Shown: positions 33,483 through 45,814 of the stretch, one piece after another
How the letters are laid out: every line of letters begins with the position of its first letter
Position numbering within the stretch: position 1 is the first letter of the stretch
From: Batkoa obscura
Taxonomy: Eukaryota
Reading direction: 5' to 3'
DNA: 64,000 nucleotides
Assembly (NCBI GenBank): GCA_030770535.1
Contig: JASVEC010000017.1
Location: 620,001 to 684,000 of the forward strand
The notes under the pieces: model-generated
The model's input: only the letters and a program-made list of their open reading frames with translations
Told to the model about the DNA's origin: nothing
The model's database searches: none
Made by a program: the position numbers and the translations under genes

Positions 33483-36209
33483 TTAATCCATATCTTCATC
33501 AAACTCAAGATCATCGTCATTTCCATTGTTAATAGCATTACTATGTCCAACTCCTTGAACACGATAAATTTTGTTAGGTGTAGATGCTCTTGAGGCAATT
33601 TGAGATGCGGGCTTACGTTTAACTGTAAATAAAAATTCATTATCACTAACATCAATAAATACAGTAGAATGATCAAATAATTCCCCTTTAAGTAACATCC
33701 TTGATATATTAGTAATAAGGTATTTTTCAAGGTATCTTTTAAGTGGTCTAGCACCATATAATGGATCATACGATTGTTTTAATATGTAACTAATACCTTC
33801 TTCACTCACTTCTAATTGGATATCTCGACTTAATAATCGATGATTGATACTACTAATTTGTAACTTCACAATCTTTTGTAAGTTATCATCCTTTAAACGA
33901 TTAAAGATAACAATATCATCCAATCGATTTAAAAATTCAGGTCGGAAATGGGCTTTAACTTGGTCCATTACTTTTTGTTGAAGTGAGTTAGATCTTGTAT
34001 CTTCATTAGAATTAAGTATAATTTCTTGTCCAACATTGGAGGTCATAATAATCACTGTGTTAGAAAAATCAACTACTCTGCCTTTACCATCCGTAAGTCT
34101 AGCATCATCTAATACTTCTAGTAACACATTTAATACTTTAGGATGTGCCTTCTCAATTTCATCAAGTAAAACAACTGAGTAAGGACGACGTCTAACGGCT
34201 TCAGTAAGTTGACCACCTTCATCGTAACCAACATAACCTGGTGGCGCTCCTATCAATCTAGATACAGAATGTTGTTCCATATATTCAGACATATCTAATC
34301 GAAGCATCAATTTCTCATCATCAAAGAGTTCTCCTGCTAGTGCTTTTGCTAATTCAGTTTTACCTACACCTGTTGGGCCTAAGAATAAGAAAGAACCAGT
34401 TGGTTGATGTTCTCTTGATAAACCAGCTCTTGATCTTTGTATAGCATCACTGACTACTTCAACGGCTTGAGCTTGACCAACAACTCTATTAGAAAGATGT
34501 TCAGGTAAACTTAATATCTTATCAATTTGTGTCTTATTTAATTTAGAAACAGGTATTCCAGTCCATCTTGATACGACTTCATTGATTTGTTCTACTCCAA
34601 CTATTTCAGTTAATAATTGGTTATTATTTTCGTCCATGGCTTCTAATTCTGTCTTTCTTTGTAAAGTAATTTCTTCAATTCTCTTCTTAACATCTGGAAT
34701 TGCATAATAACGAATATCGGCTGCTTTAGCTAAATCAGATTTACGTTCAGCTTCATCTGCCTTTGATCTAAGATCATCCAACTTTTGCTTTAAGTCTCGA
34801 ATCTCATCCAAATTTCCTTTTTCAGTTTCATACTTCAATTTAAGTGGTCGAATTTCTTCTTTAAGTCTTGACATTTCTTCTTGGACTTCTTCTAACCTAG
34901 CTTGTGAGGCTGAATTCTTTTCTTTTGCTAAGGCAGTTGCCTCTACTTCTAATTGTAATAATCTTCTTTCTAATTGATCTATTACTTCAGGTTGAGAATC
35001 CAATTGTACTCTAGTATTAGCGCAAGCTTCGTCCACTAAATCAATAGCCTTATCTGGTAAGAATCGATTTGTAATATATCTTGAAGAAAGTTGTGCTGCA
35101 GCTACTAAAGCAGTATCCGAAATCTTTACACCATGATGAATCTCATACTTTTCTTTAATACCTCTTAAGATAGAGATGGTATCAGTTACACTCGGTTCAC
35201 CAACCAATACTTGTTGAAATCTTCTTTCAAAAGCAGCATCTTTTTCAACATGTTGTCTGTATTCATCTAAAGTAGTGGCACCGATACAACGTAATTCTCC
35301 TCTAGCTAACATTGGCTTTAATAAATTGGCTGCATCCATAGCACCATCTGTTTTTCCAGCACCGAGGACTAAATGGATTTCATCAATAAATAATATGATG
35401 CCTTCTTTACTATCTTTGACTTCTTTTAAAACAGCTTTTAAACGTTCTTCAAATTCTCCTCGATATTTGGCACCGGCAATCAATGCACCCATGTCTAATG
35501 AAAATAATTTACATTGTAAATTAGCTGGTACATCTTTTCGAACTATTCTCATAGCTAACCCTTCAACAATAGCTGTTTTACCAACACCAGGCTCACCAAT
35601 TAAGACAGGATTATTTTTTGTTCTTCTAGATAATACTCTAATAACTCTCCTTATTTCTTCATCCCTACCAATGACAGGATCGATTTTACCACTGTTAGCT
35701 AACTCAATCAAATCCACAGCATATTTTGATAAGGCTTCATACGTTTCTTCAGCCGATTTACTATCTACTTTACGATTACCACGGATCTGTGTTAATGCAT
35801 TTTCAATACTCTTTTTGGTCGCACCACCATCTTTAAATACTTGTAATATATCTTTTTCTTCTAACATGGCTAGCATCAAATGGTCGACAGCTACAAAACT
35901 ATCTTTCATTTTTTTAGAAAGTTGAGTAGCTTCCTGTAATAATTTTTGCATGGAAGAAGCTAACGAGACATCAGTAGGAGCAGGCATTTGGCTTGGTAAC
36001 TTGACTAATAGCTTTTTAATCCCTCTTTCACAGTTGGTTGCATCACCACCAGCTTTATTAATGACATTTTTCAAAAAGCCATCTTCATTATCAAATAAGC
36101 TCGAACATAAATGGACGGGTGTAATTTGACTATTTCCAAATTCTTTAGCTAAATCGATACTGGAATTGATTACTTTAATCGTTTTATCTGTAAATGTTTC
36201 CGGATTCAT
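33483..36209 (-). CDS. HSP104: Hsp104/ClpB disaggregase
   Basis: Likely start MNPETFTDKT at ATG 36209; two AAA+ modules (GEPGVGKT, GPTGVGKT), coiled-coil M domain, GYVG loop, acidic tail. Intronless. Confidence 0.96.
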   Translation of the reverse strand: MNPETFTDKTIKVINSSIDLAKEFGNSQITPVHLCSSLFDNEDGFLKNVINKAGGDATNCERGIKKLLVKLPSQMPAPTDVSLASSMQKLLQEATQLSKKMKDSFVAVDHLMLAMLEEKDILQVFKDGGATKKSIENALTQIRGNRKVDSKSAEETYEALSKYAVDLIELANSGKIDPVIGRDEEIRRVIRVLSRRTKNNPVLIGEPGVGKTAIVEGLAMRIVRKDVPANLQCKLFSLDMGALIAGAKYRGEFEERLKAVLKEVKDSKEGIILFIDEIHLVLGAGKTDGAMDAANLLKPMLARGELRCIGATTLDEYRQHVEKDAAFERRFQQVLVGEPSVTDTISILRGIKEKYEIHHGVKISDTALVAAAQLSSRYITNRFLPDKAIDLVDEACANTRVQLDSQPEVIDQLERRLLQLEVEATALAKEKNSASQARLEEVQEEMSRLKEEIRPLKLKYETEKGNLDEIRDLKQKLDDLRSKADEAERKSDLAKAADIRYYAIPDVKKRIEEITLQRKTELEAMDENNNQLLTEIVGVEQINEVVSRWTGIPVSKLNKTQIDKILSLPEHLSNRVVGQAQAVEVVSDAIQRSRAGLSREHQPTGSFLFLGPTGVGKTELAKALAGELFDDEKLMLRLDMSEYMEQHSVSRLIGAPPGYVGYDEGGQLTEAVRRRPYSVVLLDEIEKAHPKVLNVLLEVLDDARLTDGKGRVVDFSNTVIIMTSNVGQEIILNSNEDTRSNSLQQKVMDQVKAHFRPEFLNRLDDIVIFNRLKDDNLQKIVKLQISSINHRLLSRDIQLEVSEEGISYILKQSYDPLYGARPLKRYLEKYLITNISRMLLKGELFDHSTVFIDVSDNEFLFTVKRKPASQIASRASTPNKIYRVQGVGHSNAINNGNDDDLEFDEDMD

Positions 36210-37350
36210 TTTTATTGTTGTTAAAATAAAATTATTAATTTTGTTTTTGTTTTTTTTGGTTTTATACTTCAAAATTAGATAGATGACTTCACACTCAAAT
36301 GGATCTACGAATTACTAGTAAATTCTTAAATGATAGCGTCATCATTGGATCATTCGTTTATTTCCTCCAATCAACTAGCGTTTTTGAATTACTATTTTGA
36401 ACTCAAAAAATACAATAAAACATTAAAGCTTACGCTAACATCATTGAAAACATGCTCTTGAAATAGTTTATTCTTCAAATCAAAGATAGGTGGACGATTC
36501 AATGAAGCGTAAAGAGACTTTGAGATTATAAAAGGAAAAATTATATACGATGGTAAGACGGAAGGATAATGGGAACATTGGTTAACTTTTCTCCTGGTTT
36601 AGACTGCCTAGGTTTAAAATAGATCAATAAGACCACATCGACTAAATATAGTTCCTAATGAAAAGTTCAATGTAGAGAAGGGATGGCTTAGTTAATGTAA
36701 CAAATAACAACTCGTAATGTTGACGGTGATAAATCCAAACAACTAAGATAGTTGCTGGAGGACACGAATAGTTTTAAAGACTAAAAGCTGTTCTTTTTAA
36801 TCTTTTGCTTTTTACTAGATAATTTATTGTAAATTTATAGAGTTTTACTGCCAAATTTGGGTAAAAGCTTGAGTTTTTTCTACTGTTTAAAATAATTTTA
36901 TTTTTCTTTACTTTTATTGCCATTAATTATGAAAAATTTGAGTTTATCTTTAATTAAATTAAAAATATTAAAAATACCATACAATTACTTCAATAAAACC
37001 TCCAAATATTATAAAAAGATGTCTTTGAGTAACTAGAAATTTCATATATATGCTTTTAAGCGGTGTTAAAAACTGAACTACTAGTCAACTATTTTTTTTC
37101 ACTAACCTATAAGGTTAAAGATGATCTGTTTTTTAAAGAGATACCAAGTATTACTTTTTAGAATTATGACATGTAGCGTTAAAAGAGTTTTATTCAATAT
37201 CAATAATAATAGAGGATTCTCCAATCATTATAAAGTATAATTTTTTGTCTTTATCTTTATTTTATTTTATTTTTACTAATAAAAAAATTGAAAACTTAAG
37301 TATTAAAAAAACCTTCTTTTTCATTTTATTAAAGTGCATAGCTTTTATAT

Positions 37351-37447
37351 GAGGGTGTTTTTTTTTGTTTCATTATTTTTTCCATTTTTTAAGCGCTATT
37401 TGAGTGGAAAGATTGTTAGTGAAATTCTTAAACAAAAATATATCCCC
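37351..37447. mobile_element. MITE family A copy
   Basis: ATAT-GAGGGTG...TATCCCC-ATAT. Confidence 0.88.
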
Positions 37448-38202
37448 ATATTAGAAACATTTTCATATTAGTTTTTGAATATTTGAAATAATAAGCAAAA
37501 CTTTTATTTATAATAAATATAAAATAGGATTAAATTATAGCTTTTATCTTATACATTATAAGGTCATTCTTTTAGAAATAGCTTATTCTTGAAGATTTCT
37601 ATCTATTATTAATGATAACGTTATTATTATGAAAAATAGTCACGAGCTGCTTAGATAATTAAGTTATTTTTTCTCTTAGCTGATTATCTGAATGATTATT
37701 CGTCACAATAATGCTATCATTGATAATATATAGATATACCCCTTTATTCCTAGTATGGTAGGAATTCCATTTGTTTAATCTATTTGATTATCTATATCTT
37801 ATTTTGATCTAACTTGTAACATTTAAATTATTGTTTTTAATGTATTAGCTAGCTTTAATTTTAGATTGATTTTTATTACGTTAAAATTAAGTATGAAAAA
37901 ACATTTATTAATGATTTTATCTTTATAAGGAATATGAATAAATGTATCTACCATATCAATTATTAATTTATAACCAATTGTGAAAGTAATTTTTATTAAA
38001 GTATGAGCCAAAATGGTTTTCTATACTGATAAAGAAGGTTACCTCAACTAACGCGATTTTTTGTTTCTAAATGTAAATATCGAAGAAATATCTTAGCCTA
38101 AATATCGTATAAAATATACAACACTATTATAAAAATGAAACATATTAAAGACGCTTTTTTTAATAAAAAAAATCCGACAACTATCCATAAAAGGTCAATA
38201 AT

Positions 38203-38608
38203 TTATTTAATACCTAATTGTTTAGCTTGAGTGGTAACTGGGCCATCCGATTCAATATTATCTACATGTTCATGACTTTGTAACGTAGCTGATAGGAATA
38301 AATAAATATCTAGTCAATACGACATTAAAAAAAACTTACAGAGATGATCATCTGGTACTGAAGCAGCAAATCCTTTCAAAACAGTATCATATTTGTGGGT
38401 TATTTTACCACCTAGGAGGTTGGATAAGTTATAATCAATATATATAATTATAAATTAATTTACCTCGGCTTTCGATATCTTTGATAGCACTTTCCAATAC
38501 ATGATCTTCTGTACCACTTTTAAAAGTTACAATATAATTTCCATGTCCTTGAAAAAAGTAAATACAATAATTCACTTTAGTTAACGTAAATCACCTACCT
38601 GAACTCAT
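38203..38608 (-). CDS. Stand-alone peptidase inhibitor I9 (subtilisin propeptide-like), 83 aa, complement join(38203..38288,38340..38411,38464..38547,38599..38608)
   Basis: Manual splicing gives MSSGHGNYIVTFKSGTEDHVLESAIKDIESRGGKITHKYDTVLKGFAASVPDDHLSTLQSHEHVDNIESDGPVTTQAKQLGIK; YIVTFK, GG.I...Y...KGFAA and IE.D..V are I9 hallmarks. All introns are GT-AG and phase-consistent. Confidence 0.9.
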
Positions 38609-39215
38609 TGTGATTTTTTATTTATTTATTAAAACTGTTTGTATAAGTTGAGAGCTTTGTAGTATTTATATACATCTTTTTTAAGAGTTTTACGTCATCC
38701 AAAATCATTTGTTAGGTTTGGGTTAAACCCCTCTTAGTGGAAAATAAATGAAGTCATCATCGTGTTGAAATAATTGGGCTTTAAGTGAGATTTTAAATCT
38801 ATAAAAATTTACTTCTCTGCCCAAAAATTTAAACAAGTTAAAAATAATAAAACCTATTTGGATTGAGTTTACAAGAAATCAAATTTAACCCCTTGAGCGT
38901 CACCAGCTTTTATAAAAGTCCGGTTACAGTTAACTCCTTGAAGCAAAGTTATTAAACAGTAACATTTAGCCAATAAAATCAAAAGAGTTTAGCTAACCAA
39001 GTCGATTTTCAATTAGCTAAACTTTTTAGAAATAACTGGTTAAAGGCTATCTTTTGATCAGAACGTATATACCCGTTATAATAACTTGACAGGTTAAAGC
39101 TGCGAATTTTGAATAAAAGTTATTGGCTTGAAGTGAAATTTCAACATAAAGCTAATGATGTAAATCTAAATTTCTTATTTTCAAATTCTACTTTTTAATA
39201 AAAACAAGGGTAATA

Positions 39216-40809
39216 ATGGATGAATTTAACGATTTCTCAAACGAAAAATATGGATCTAAAGAAATAGTTTTTATGGAGGATGAAGAAGATGAATTAGGGG
39301 AATTCGAAATGGAGAAAAGAGAAACTGATAATAAATTGGAGTTCGAAGGTAAAGTTAAAAAACCTATTCAATTTCATTTAGAAGATTATATTTTGGACTA
39401 TGAAGGTAACGATGATTTAATAATAAATAGTAAAATAATAACGATGGTTTTAGGCGAAACCAAATATAAACGATTGGAATATCTCATAAAAGTATGCCCA
39501 GAATTAAAAGAAAAAGCACTATTCTTACTATTAAAAAGTTTACGTGAAGAAACTTTAGAGTACGAAAGATACATGAAACATTACAATGAGTACCGTGCTA
39601 TTATAAAAAGCAGTAGTGGCAACTCCAATAGGAATACTATTGGAGATGAATCAAAATGGATTGAAGATTGTAAGAAATATAGTAAAGAGGAAAGAGATAG
39701 AATTGAAACCCTTATCCGAAATTCCAAAAAAAACAATATCATGGAAAGTATAAGGGTAATAAATTAGCACTATTTTTATTATCAACGCTTATTTTTGTTA
39801 GCTAAGCTACTTTGAGGCAGGTGAGCTTGAAATTAAATTAGGAGACATTGAAAAAAGTATTATTTATTTCAATTTAAGTAAAGAATACTCTAGCAATGAT
39901 AAAACTACATTACAATGTATTTTAAAAATACTTGAATTACAAGTAAAACAATCTAACTTTAAAGGATTCAATTATTTATTGCATCGTGTCAAATCCATTA
40001 AGAATATTGGAGAAAAGGAACAATCTTTTATTAATTGTATTAACGTACTAAAGCATTTACAATCTTCAGAATACAAACAAGTATTAACTTACTTGATTAA
40101 AATTGATGAAAAGTATGAAGATGATTTTAAAAAGGTGATTATTTTTAATTCCGCTTTATACATTATTTTTACATTATACATATTATTTATACTGTCCTTA
40201 GGTTATTTCAACAAACGATTTAGCAATGATTGGTACACTTTGTATATTGGCTACTTATAACCGCAAAGAATTGAAGCAAATCAGTTTAAAAAGCAGCCCT
40301 ATTAAAGCATTATTAGATAATGAGCCTGTTTTAAAAGATTTATTATATGATTTTTCAATTACAAGATATTCAAAAGGATTTATGGATTTAGACAATTTAA
40401 GGGATCGATTTTTATTAGATATTTATTTAGCACCTCGAGTGAATACTTTATTTGATAAAATATTTGTGGCTTCAGTTATGGCTTATACTTCTCCATTTCA
40501 ATCTCTTAAAATTGAACGTATCAGTAGTCAATTCAATTTATCACACGATAAAATGGAAAAGCTTTTAATTGAGTGGATTTCTAATGATGAGCTTAAGGCT
40601 AGAGTTGATATAAAAAACAAGGTAATATTAATACTAACAATATATATTATCATAACAATTTGTTTTTTATTTAATTATAGGTCCTTTATAATAATTCCAA
40701 CTTAAATACAAACGTATTTCAAGACACTATTTTAAAGCACTATAATTTAATGATGAAAAATCAAATCCTATTGACCAATTCTATTTTCGCTTTGAATCCT
40801 TGGAAATAA
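39216..40809 (+). CDS. CSN1: COP9 signalosome subunit 1 (PCI domain), approx join(39216..39405,39454..39755,39802..40134,40202..40621,40681..40809)
   Basis: NIMESIR, LCILATYNRKELK, LLDIYLAPRVNTLF, YTSPF, LKARVD match CSN1/GPS1; GT-AG introns join the ORF pieces in frame. Confidence 0.82.
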
Positions 40810-41029
40810 ACTTTATATTATAGCAATTTAAATAATTTTATTTTTTAATATATAAGTGCCTAAATAATATCAACTATTGCATTTTAAAAACACTTAATTA
40901 ACAAAACTTTAGTAAGTAAATAACAAAATCGGTAACTAGACAAAATTTTAATGTTCCAAATTTACTTGGCAGGTTAAAAGATTAAATAAAACACAATATT
41001 ATTTATTGATAATTTATACCAAATAATAT

Positions 41030-41223
41030 GAGAGTGTTTCTTTGTTTCATTATCTTTTTTATTTCTTAATCACCATTTGGCGATGTATTTTTTTGTTTAA
41101 GAATTTTACTCAATCTTTTCGCTCAAATAGCGCTTAAAATATGGAAAAAGTAATGAAACCAAGAAACATCCCCATTTAAAGAAAAAACTAATAGTAAAAT
41201 TCTTAAACAAAAAAGACATCCCC
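41030..41223. mobile_element. MITE family A host copy with a nested, inverted family A copy (41079-41173)
   Basis: Host flanked by ATAT/ATAT; inner copy flanked by ATTT (41075-78) and ATTT (41174-77). Confidence 0.85.
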
Positions 41224-41788
41224 ATATACAAAAACTTTTATATTTACATTATAAGATGAATCTAATCATTTTGAGTACATCAAATACTTCACCAATTATT
41301 CTATTGGAAGAAAGCCATGCTATACTAGTTCTTCAAACAATAATCTTGATTTTATTTAAACTTATACAGGATTGTGAAAATTATTTTTTCCAAAATCATA
41401 TTATATACATCATTTTAAAATAATAAAAGGGAGCTTTAAAAATTTGTCATGAAGCCATACTATTTTTTGGAATCAAATAAGATATTTAATGTTTTGACTA
41501 TTACAAAGTATGCAATTCTAATGCTTTATTTGGTTTAAAAAACAGTACTAAAATTAAGTACTCCTATCATAATAAGACCACGATGCAAATTTATAGAATT
41601 ATTCATTTTCATCAAAACGTAAAATAAAATACTAGCTATAAATACTCAAAATGATCACATATTATCTTTAACGCTTTCTATTAACAAAATGAATAACTAT
41701 TGAAGAAAATAACTCAACCTACAATTGTTCTTCAAGCTCATATGCTTTGATACTAAAGCTGGTTTATATCATACAACTAACTACGTAT

Positions 41789-41887
41789 GAGGATGTATTT
41801 TTGTGTTTAAGAATTTTACTAACAATTTTTCCACTTAAATAGCGCTTAAAAGATGGAAAAAGTGATGAAACCAAAAAAAACACCCCC
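41789..41887. mobile_element. MITE family A copy
   Basis: GTAT-GAGGATG...CACCCCC-GTAT. Confidence 0.9.
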
Positions 41888-42278
41888 GTATACAAAAGAT
41901 AAATAAAATGAGCCCCGTTTAAACAGCATTAATACCCCTGAGTGTTTCGGGTATGATATTATGGATACTGACTTGTGCTTAGTTAACCACTGTTATTTTA
42001 TAACAATACATCACTACTTTGTTATGGAGGCATGAGTTAGGATTTTTAAAGGGTAATTCAATTGAATCTATTTACAAATTACCTCTATTAATTGTATGTA
42101 TATTAACTTTATGCTATTTACCATCTTTGAATCTATATCATCTGCTAACAATCTATATCGTAGTATTGAAGATCTGCATAACCAAATAGCTACGCTATCC
42201 AGACATATTAACTTAGCTTTTACTAGCTGCTATTAGATAAACTTTTCAAATACACTATGTTCTTTTCTACCTTTATAT

Positions 42279-42377
42279 GGGGATGTATTTTTTTGTTTAA
42301 GAATTTTACTAGCGATTTTTCCACCAAAATAACACTTAAAAAACAGAAAAAGTGATGAAACTAAAAAAAACACCCCC
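42279..42377. mobile_element. MITE family A copy
   Basis: ATAT-GGGGATG...CACCCCC-ATAT. Confidence 0.88.
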
Positions 42378-43193
42378 ATATATTTATTGAATTTTCATAA
42401 GTATCACTATTGTAAAGTGCCTGGACGTGAGATTTAAATGCTTTGTTTAAAAATACACTAGTTTTCTAGGGTAATAGGCATTTTTTAGGTAAACTAAAAC
42501 AATTTAATATTTATATTTTTAGCTTCCTTCCAAACTAATAATAAAAGTAAATAAGAAATCTTTAGAAGATGATTTAAATTATTTAAATGGTGTAGGAAGT
42601 AAAAAAGATAACATGCAAGCTGGGTAAGGAGCATTTGAACCCAAATGAGTAGCCTCATCTATTTTTTGCCTTTAGGAGCTCTCTAAAAATACATCCCCAT
42701 AAAGAAATCCTCAATCAATGAAATATTCCAATATTTGATTATCATACAAGCAAGGGTTTAAAGTATCATCTTTTGGTCTCAGTTCTTAAGCCAAAATACC
42801 AAGTTTTTTTACCTTATATAAAATTAAATAAACTATGAAGTAAGTAACAAAATAAGACAAAAAGTACTCCTTAATATCAGATCTTTATAATAAATAATCT
42901 ATTGGGTTTAATAAAATGATTCGATATAGTCATCTTATTTGGAAAAAACATGCTATTTTATATTAATAATGAAGCAGTTAGTAGACCAAAGGGATCTTTC
43001 ATTTTAAGCGATCGAATTGTCAAAATTTAGCAAGGTAAAATGACCAGCTCATACATGATCAATAAATTAGATAGTATTTTCATTCTTTTATTTCTGTAAT
43101 CAAGAATATATTAGATTTTATTTATAGCATTAAAAAAATCAACGGATATAAGTTTTCTTTATTTTTCAACTTGATTTAGACCAACAGTTAAAA

Positions 43194-44723
43194 TTAAGTT
43201 AAAGGTTTGAATACAACATAAGGATCTGGTATTCCATAATCTCCAGTATAAAATTCTTTACGTTTACCATCTCTTGTTTCAATACGGTATTTCTGTAAAA
43301 GAGTGCTCACTAAGGAAATAATTTCCTGGATAGCAAAGAACCTGCCTGGGCAAGCATGACGCCCCATACCAAAGTTTAAAAAGTTTTGAGTTACTCTACT
43401 AGCTTTGAGTTTAGACTCAACAAATTGAAATGGGTTGTATTGTAGCTCAAGAGGAACAAAGGGGTCTATCTTTAGCATTTTATCCTTATTAGCATAGTTT
43501 TCAGGGTTGAAATGAATACTTGGCAAATCAAAAGCCATTAAAGATCCCTTTGGAATCTTCATTCCATTAGGTAATACGCGTTCGATGTTGGTAAGTCTCC
43601 AAGAATCTAAATGATGAGACCTATGTCTTAAGGTTTCACGGATGGCAGAGTTTAAATTTTCAAAATTTTCAAAATCCTCTTTACTTAATAATGGACTTCC
43701 AGTTTTATCCTTTACTACATGTTCAGTTATTCTTTTTTGCTCTTCACGTAAAACTGAAAAGTTTTCAGGATGTGCTAATAAATCAGAGATAAGAAGACTG
43801 GAGTTTCTAGTAGTAGTAGATATGGAAGCAAACCCAATAATCATAATAGCATGTGCAATTTGACTAATACTATGCCCTTTATCACTCAATGCATCTACAA
43901 GTCCTTTTGCTTCAACTTTTTCTCCAGCTTTAATTCTTTGTCTTCTATTTTGAATATACTTTTCAATTCTAGAGTAAATAAATTCTCTTTCTTTAACAGA
44001 TGGGTTTCGATTTTTGATTTTATAACCAACAATATAACTTCCAATAAAAGGTACTAAATGCCAAAACAACCCTTTTTTTAAACAACCGTCTACTTTGTTA
44101 GAGTAATCGCGTAGTAAAAAAATTAAGTCATTATCCTTTGATAACTCAGGGCCAAGTAGAAGAATAGCAACAGAGTTTGCAATTACGTTGGAAAAAAAAA
44201 ATTCAATGTTGATACCTTCTGGACCAGTCCCTTCGCCTATTTCCTCTTGAATAATTTTATTCATGGTTTTTAAAACCTCTGGAAGCATAGTCTTCAACAT
44301 GGGTGTAATCACTTGATTGATAATTGCAACATTATCTAAGATTTGATCCGGTTTACCTGGAGAGTCTTTACTTTCTCCAAGTACCTCAGTGAGGAAAAGT
44401 ATTTTGTCTCTGCCCTCAAATACATCCATATCATGGGCTTTAGCTAAGTACTCAGAAGCTTTATTGGAGAATACAAATATTTTCTTTCCTAAAAAGTTGA
44501 CTCCAAATACATCTCCATATTTCTTTTGGCATTCTAATAGAAATTGTCTAGGGTTGTTTCTTAGCTGTAAAGTATGACCAATAATTGGAATATGAGGCAC
44601 CATCGGAGGTTCACCCTTTGTATAATATAGTTTATAGGCAGCATATGCTATCCATAGCAAAAGAGAGTAGACAATTAGTTTATCTAAAGATAAATAATCT
44701 TTTAAATTTAAGTAATTTGTCAT
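43194..44723 (-). CDS. Cytochrome P450
   Basis: N-terminal anchor, EPPMVP hinge, FASISTT I-helix, ETLR, FGMGRHACPGRFFA heme motif. Intronless. Confidence 0.95.
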   Translation of the reverse strand: MTNYLNLKDYLSLDKLIVYSLLLWIAYAAYKLYYTKGEPPMVPHIPIIGHTLQLRNNPRQFLLECQKKYGDVFGVNFLGKKIFVFSNKASEYLAKAHDMDVFEGRDKILFLTEVLGESKDSPGKPDQILDNVAIINQVITPMLKTMLPEVLKTMNKIIQEEIGEGTGPEGINIEFFFSNVIANSVAILLLGPELSKDNDLIFLLRDYSNKVDGCLKKGLFWHLVPFIGSYIVGYKIKNRNPSVKEREFIYSRIEKYIQNRRQRIKAGEKVEAKGLVDALSDKGHSISQIAHAIMIIGFASISTTTRNSSLLISDLLAHPENFSVLREEQKRITEHVVKDKTGSPLLSKEDFENFENLNSAIRETLRHRSHHLDSWRLTNIERVLPNGMKIPKGSLMAFDLPSIHFNPENYANKDKMLKIDPFVPLELQYNPFQFVESKLKASRVTQNFLNFGMGRHACPGRFFAIQEIISLVSTLLQKYRIETRDGKRKEFYTGDYGIPDPYVVFKPLT

Positions 44724-45385
44724 TTATATAATTTATAACAAAGTTAAAAGTAAAACTGGTCTTTTTATACGCCTTTTTATACTTATTGATTATTTTCATA
44801 ATTTTGTAATAGTTTAAGTATTACTATTGCTGGCTGGTTTTAGTTTAGCATAATACTTTTTATCCTTTAAACTACGCCCAATTTTAAATAAAAAGTGCTT
44901 TATTTGTAAATTTAATTAAATTAGTTTATTATTTTCGTTGATATTTATTACTTTGAAACGGATTGTAGTATTGAAATAAATCATTCTTTATTCCTATAAG
45001 CTTATGAAATATACAAAACATCTCTAGTTTACATGAACTTTATACAATATATATGTAAGTTATTGAATTTATTGCTGCGAGTTGGTTATTAAAAATTAAT
45101 TGCATAAAAGTAGTTTTAGCTGCGATCTAATAGTATTAACTTGCATACAGAGTTTTTCATCCATTTCAATAAAGATTTTGAGATATTTAATTTGAACTGG
45201 TTTATGTTAGCACTATTTCAAAACTTTAAATTATTATGATATTTGTAATAGAAGTTTGAAGATATAAAATTTTAATAAAAGCTTAGAGGTATAAAATTTT
45301 GTTTCAGTATAAATTTTCCCACATAGTACAAATATCAGTTTAGATCAAAACTTAATTGAAATCGTCATTTTTTTATATTATATAT

Positions 45386-45814
45386 GGGGATGTATTTTTG
45401 TGTTTAAGATTCTTACTAACAATCTTTCTGCTTAAATAGCGCTTAAAAATGGAAAAAGTGATGAAGTCAAAAAAACATCCCCATATGGGTGAGTTTAAAA
45501 GCTCAGTTAAAATTAGATAAAATTTTCCATCTCACTTTTTTTGTCCATTTTCTATGTAGCGTAAATATTAAAAAATACTGTACAAAAAAACATTCCCATA
45601 TGGGTAATTTTAGTTAAGCAAAAAAACTAATTTCTAGCACCTTATGCTCAATTCGCAATTTTTACTAGAATCTATATTGGACAAAAATTGAACTGAGCTT
45701 TTAAACTAACTCATATAAGGGTGCTTTTTTTATTTCATCACTTTTTTCATTTTTCAAACGCTATTTGAATAGAGAAACTGTTAGTAAAATCCTTAAACAG
45801 AAAAATTCGTCCCC
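45386..45814. mobile_element. Chain of four MITEs: A (45386-45482), B (45487-45597), B' (45602-45712), A (45717-45814)
   Basis: Every junction and both outer flanks are ATAT; B and B' share an inverted G.GT.AGTTTAAAAGCTCAGTT end. Confidence 0.8.

Noticed and set aside
35275..35925. 216-aa + strand ORF
   Set aside because: Antisense to the conserved HSP104 AAA domain; a common shadow ORF.
36210..36272. N-terminal extension of HSP104 in the ORF track
   Set aside because: Starts at a non-ATG codon in A-rich leader sequence; ATG 36209 fits the family start.
36300..36330. Heat-shock element upstream of HSP104
   Set aside because: Only degenerate nGAAn/nTTCn units (CGAATTACTAGTAAATTCT), not in a clean register.
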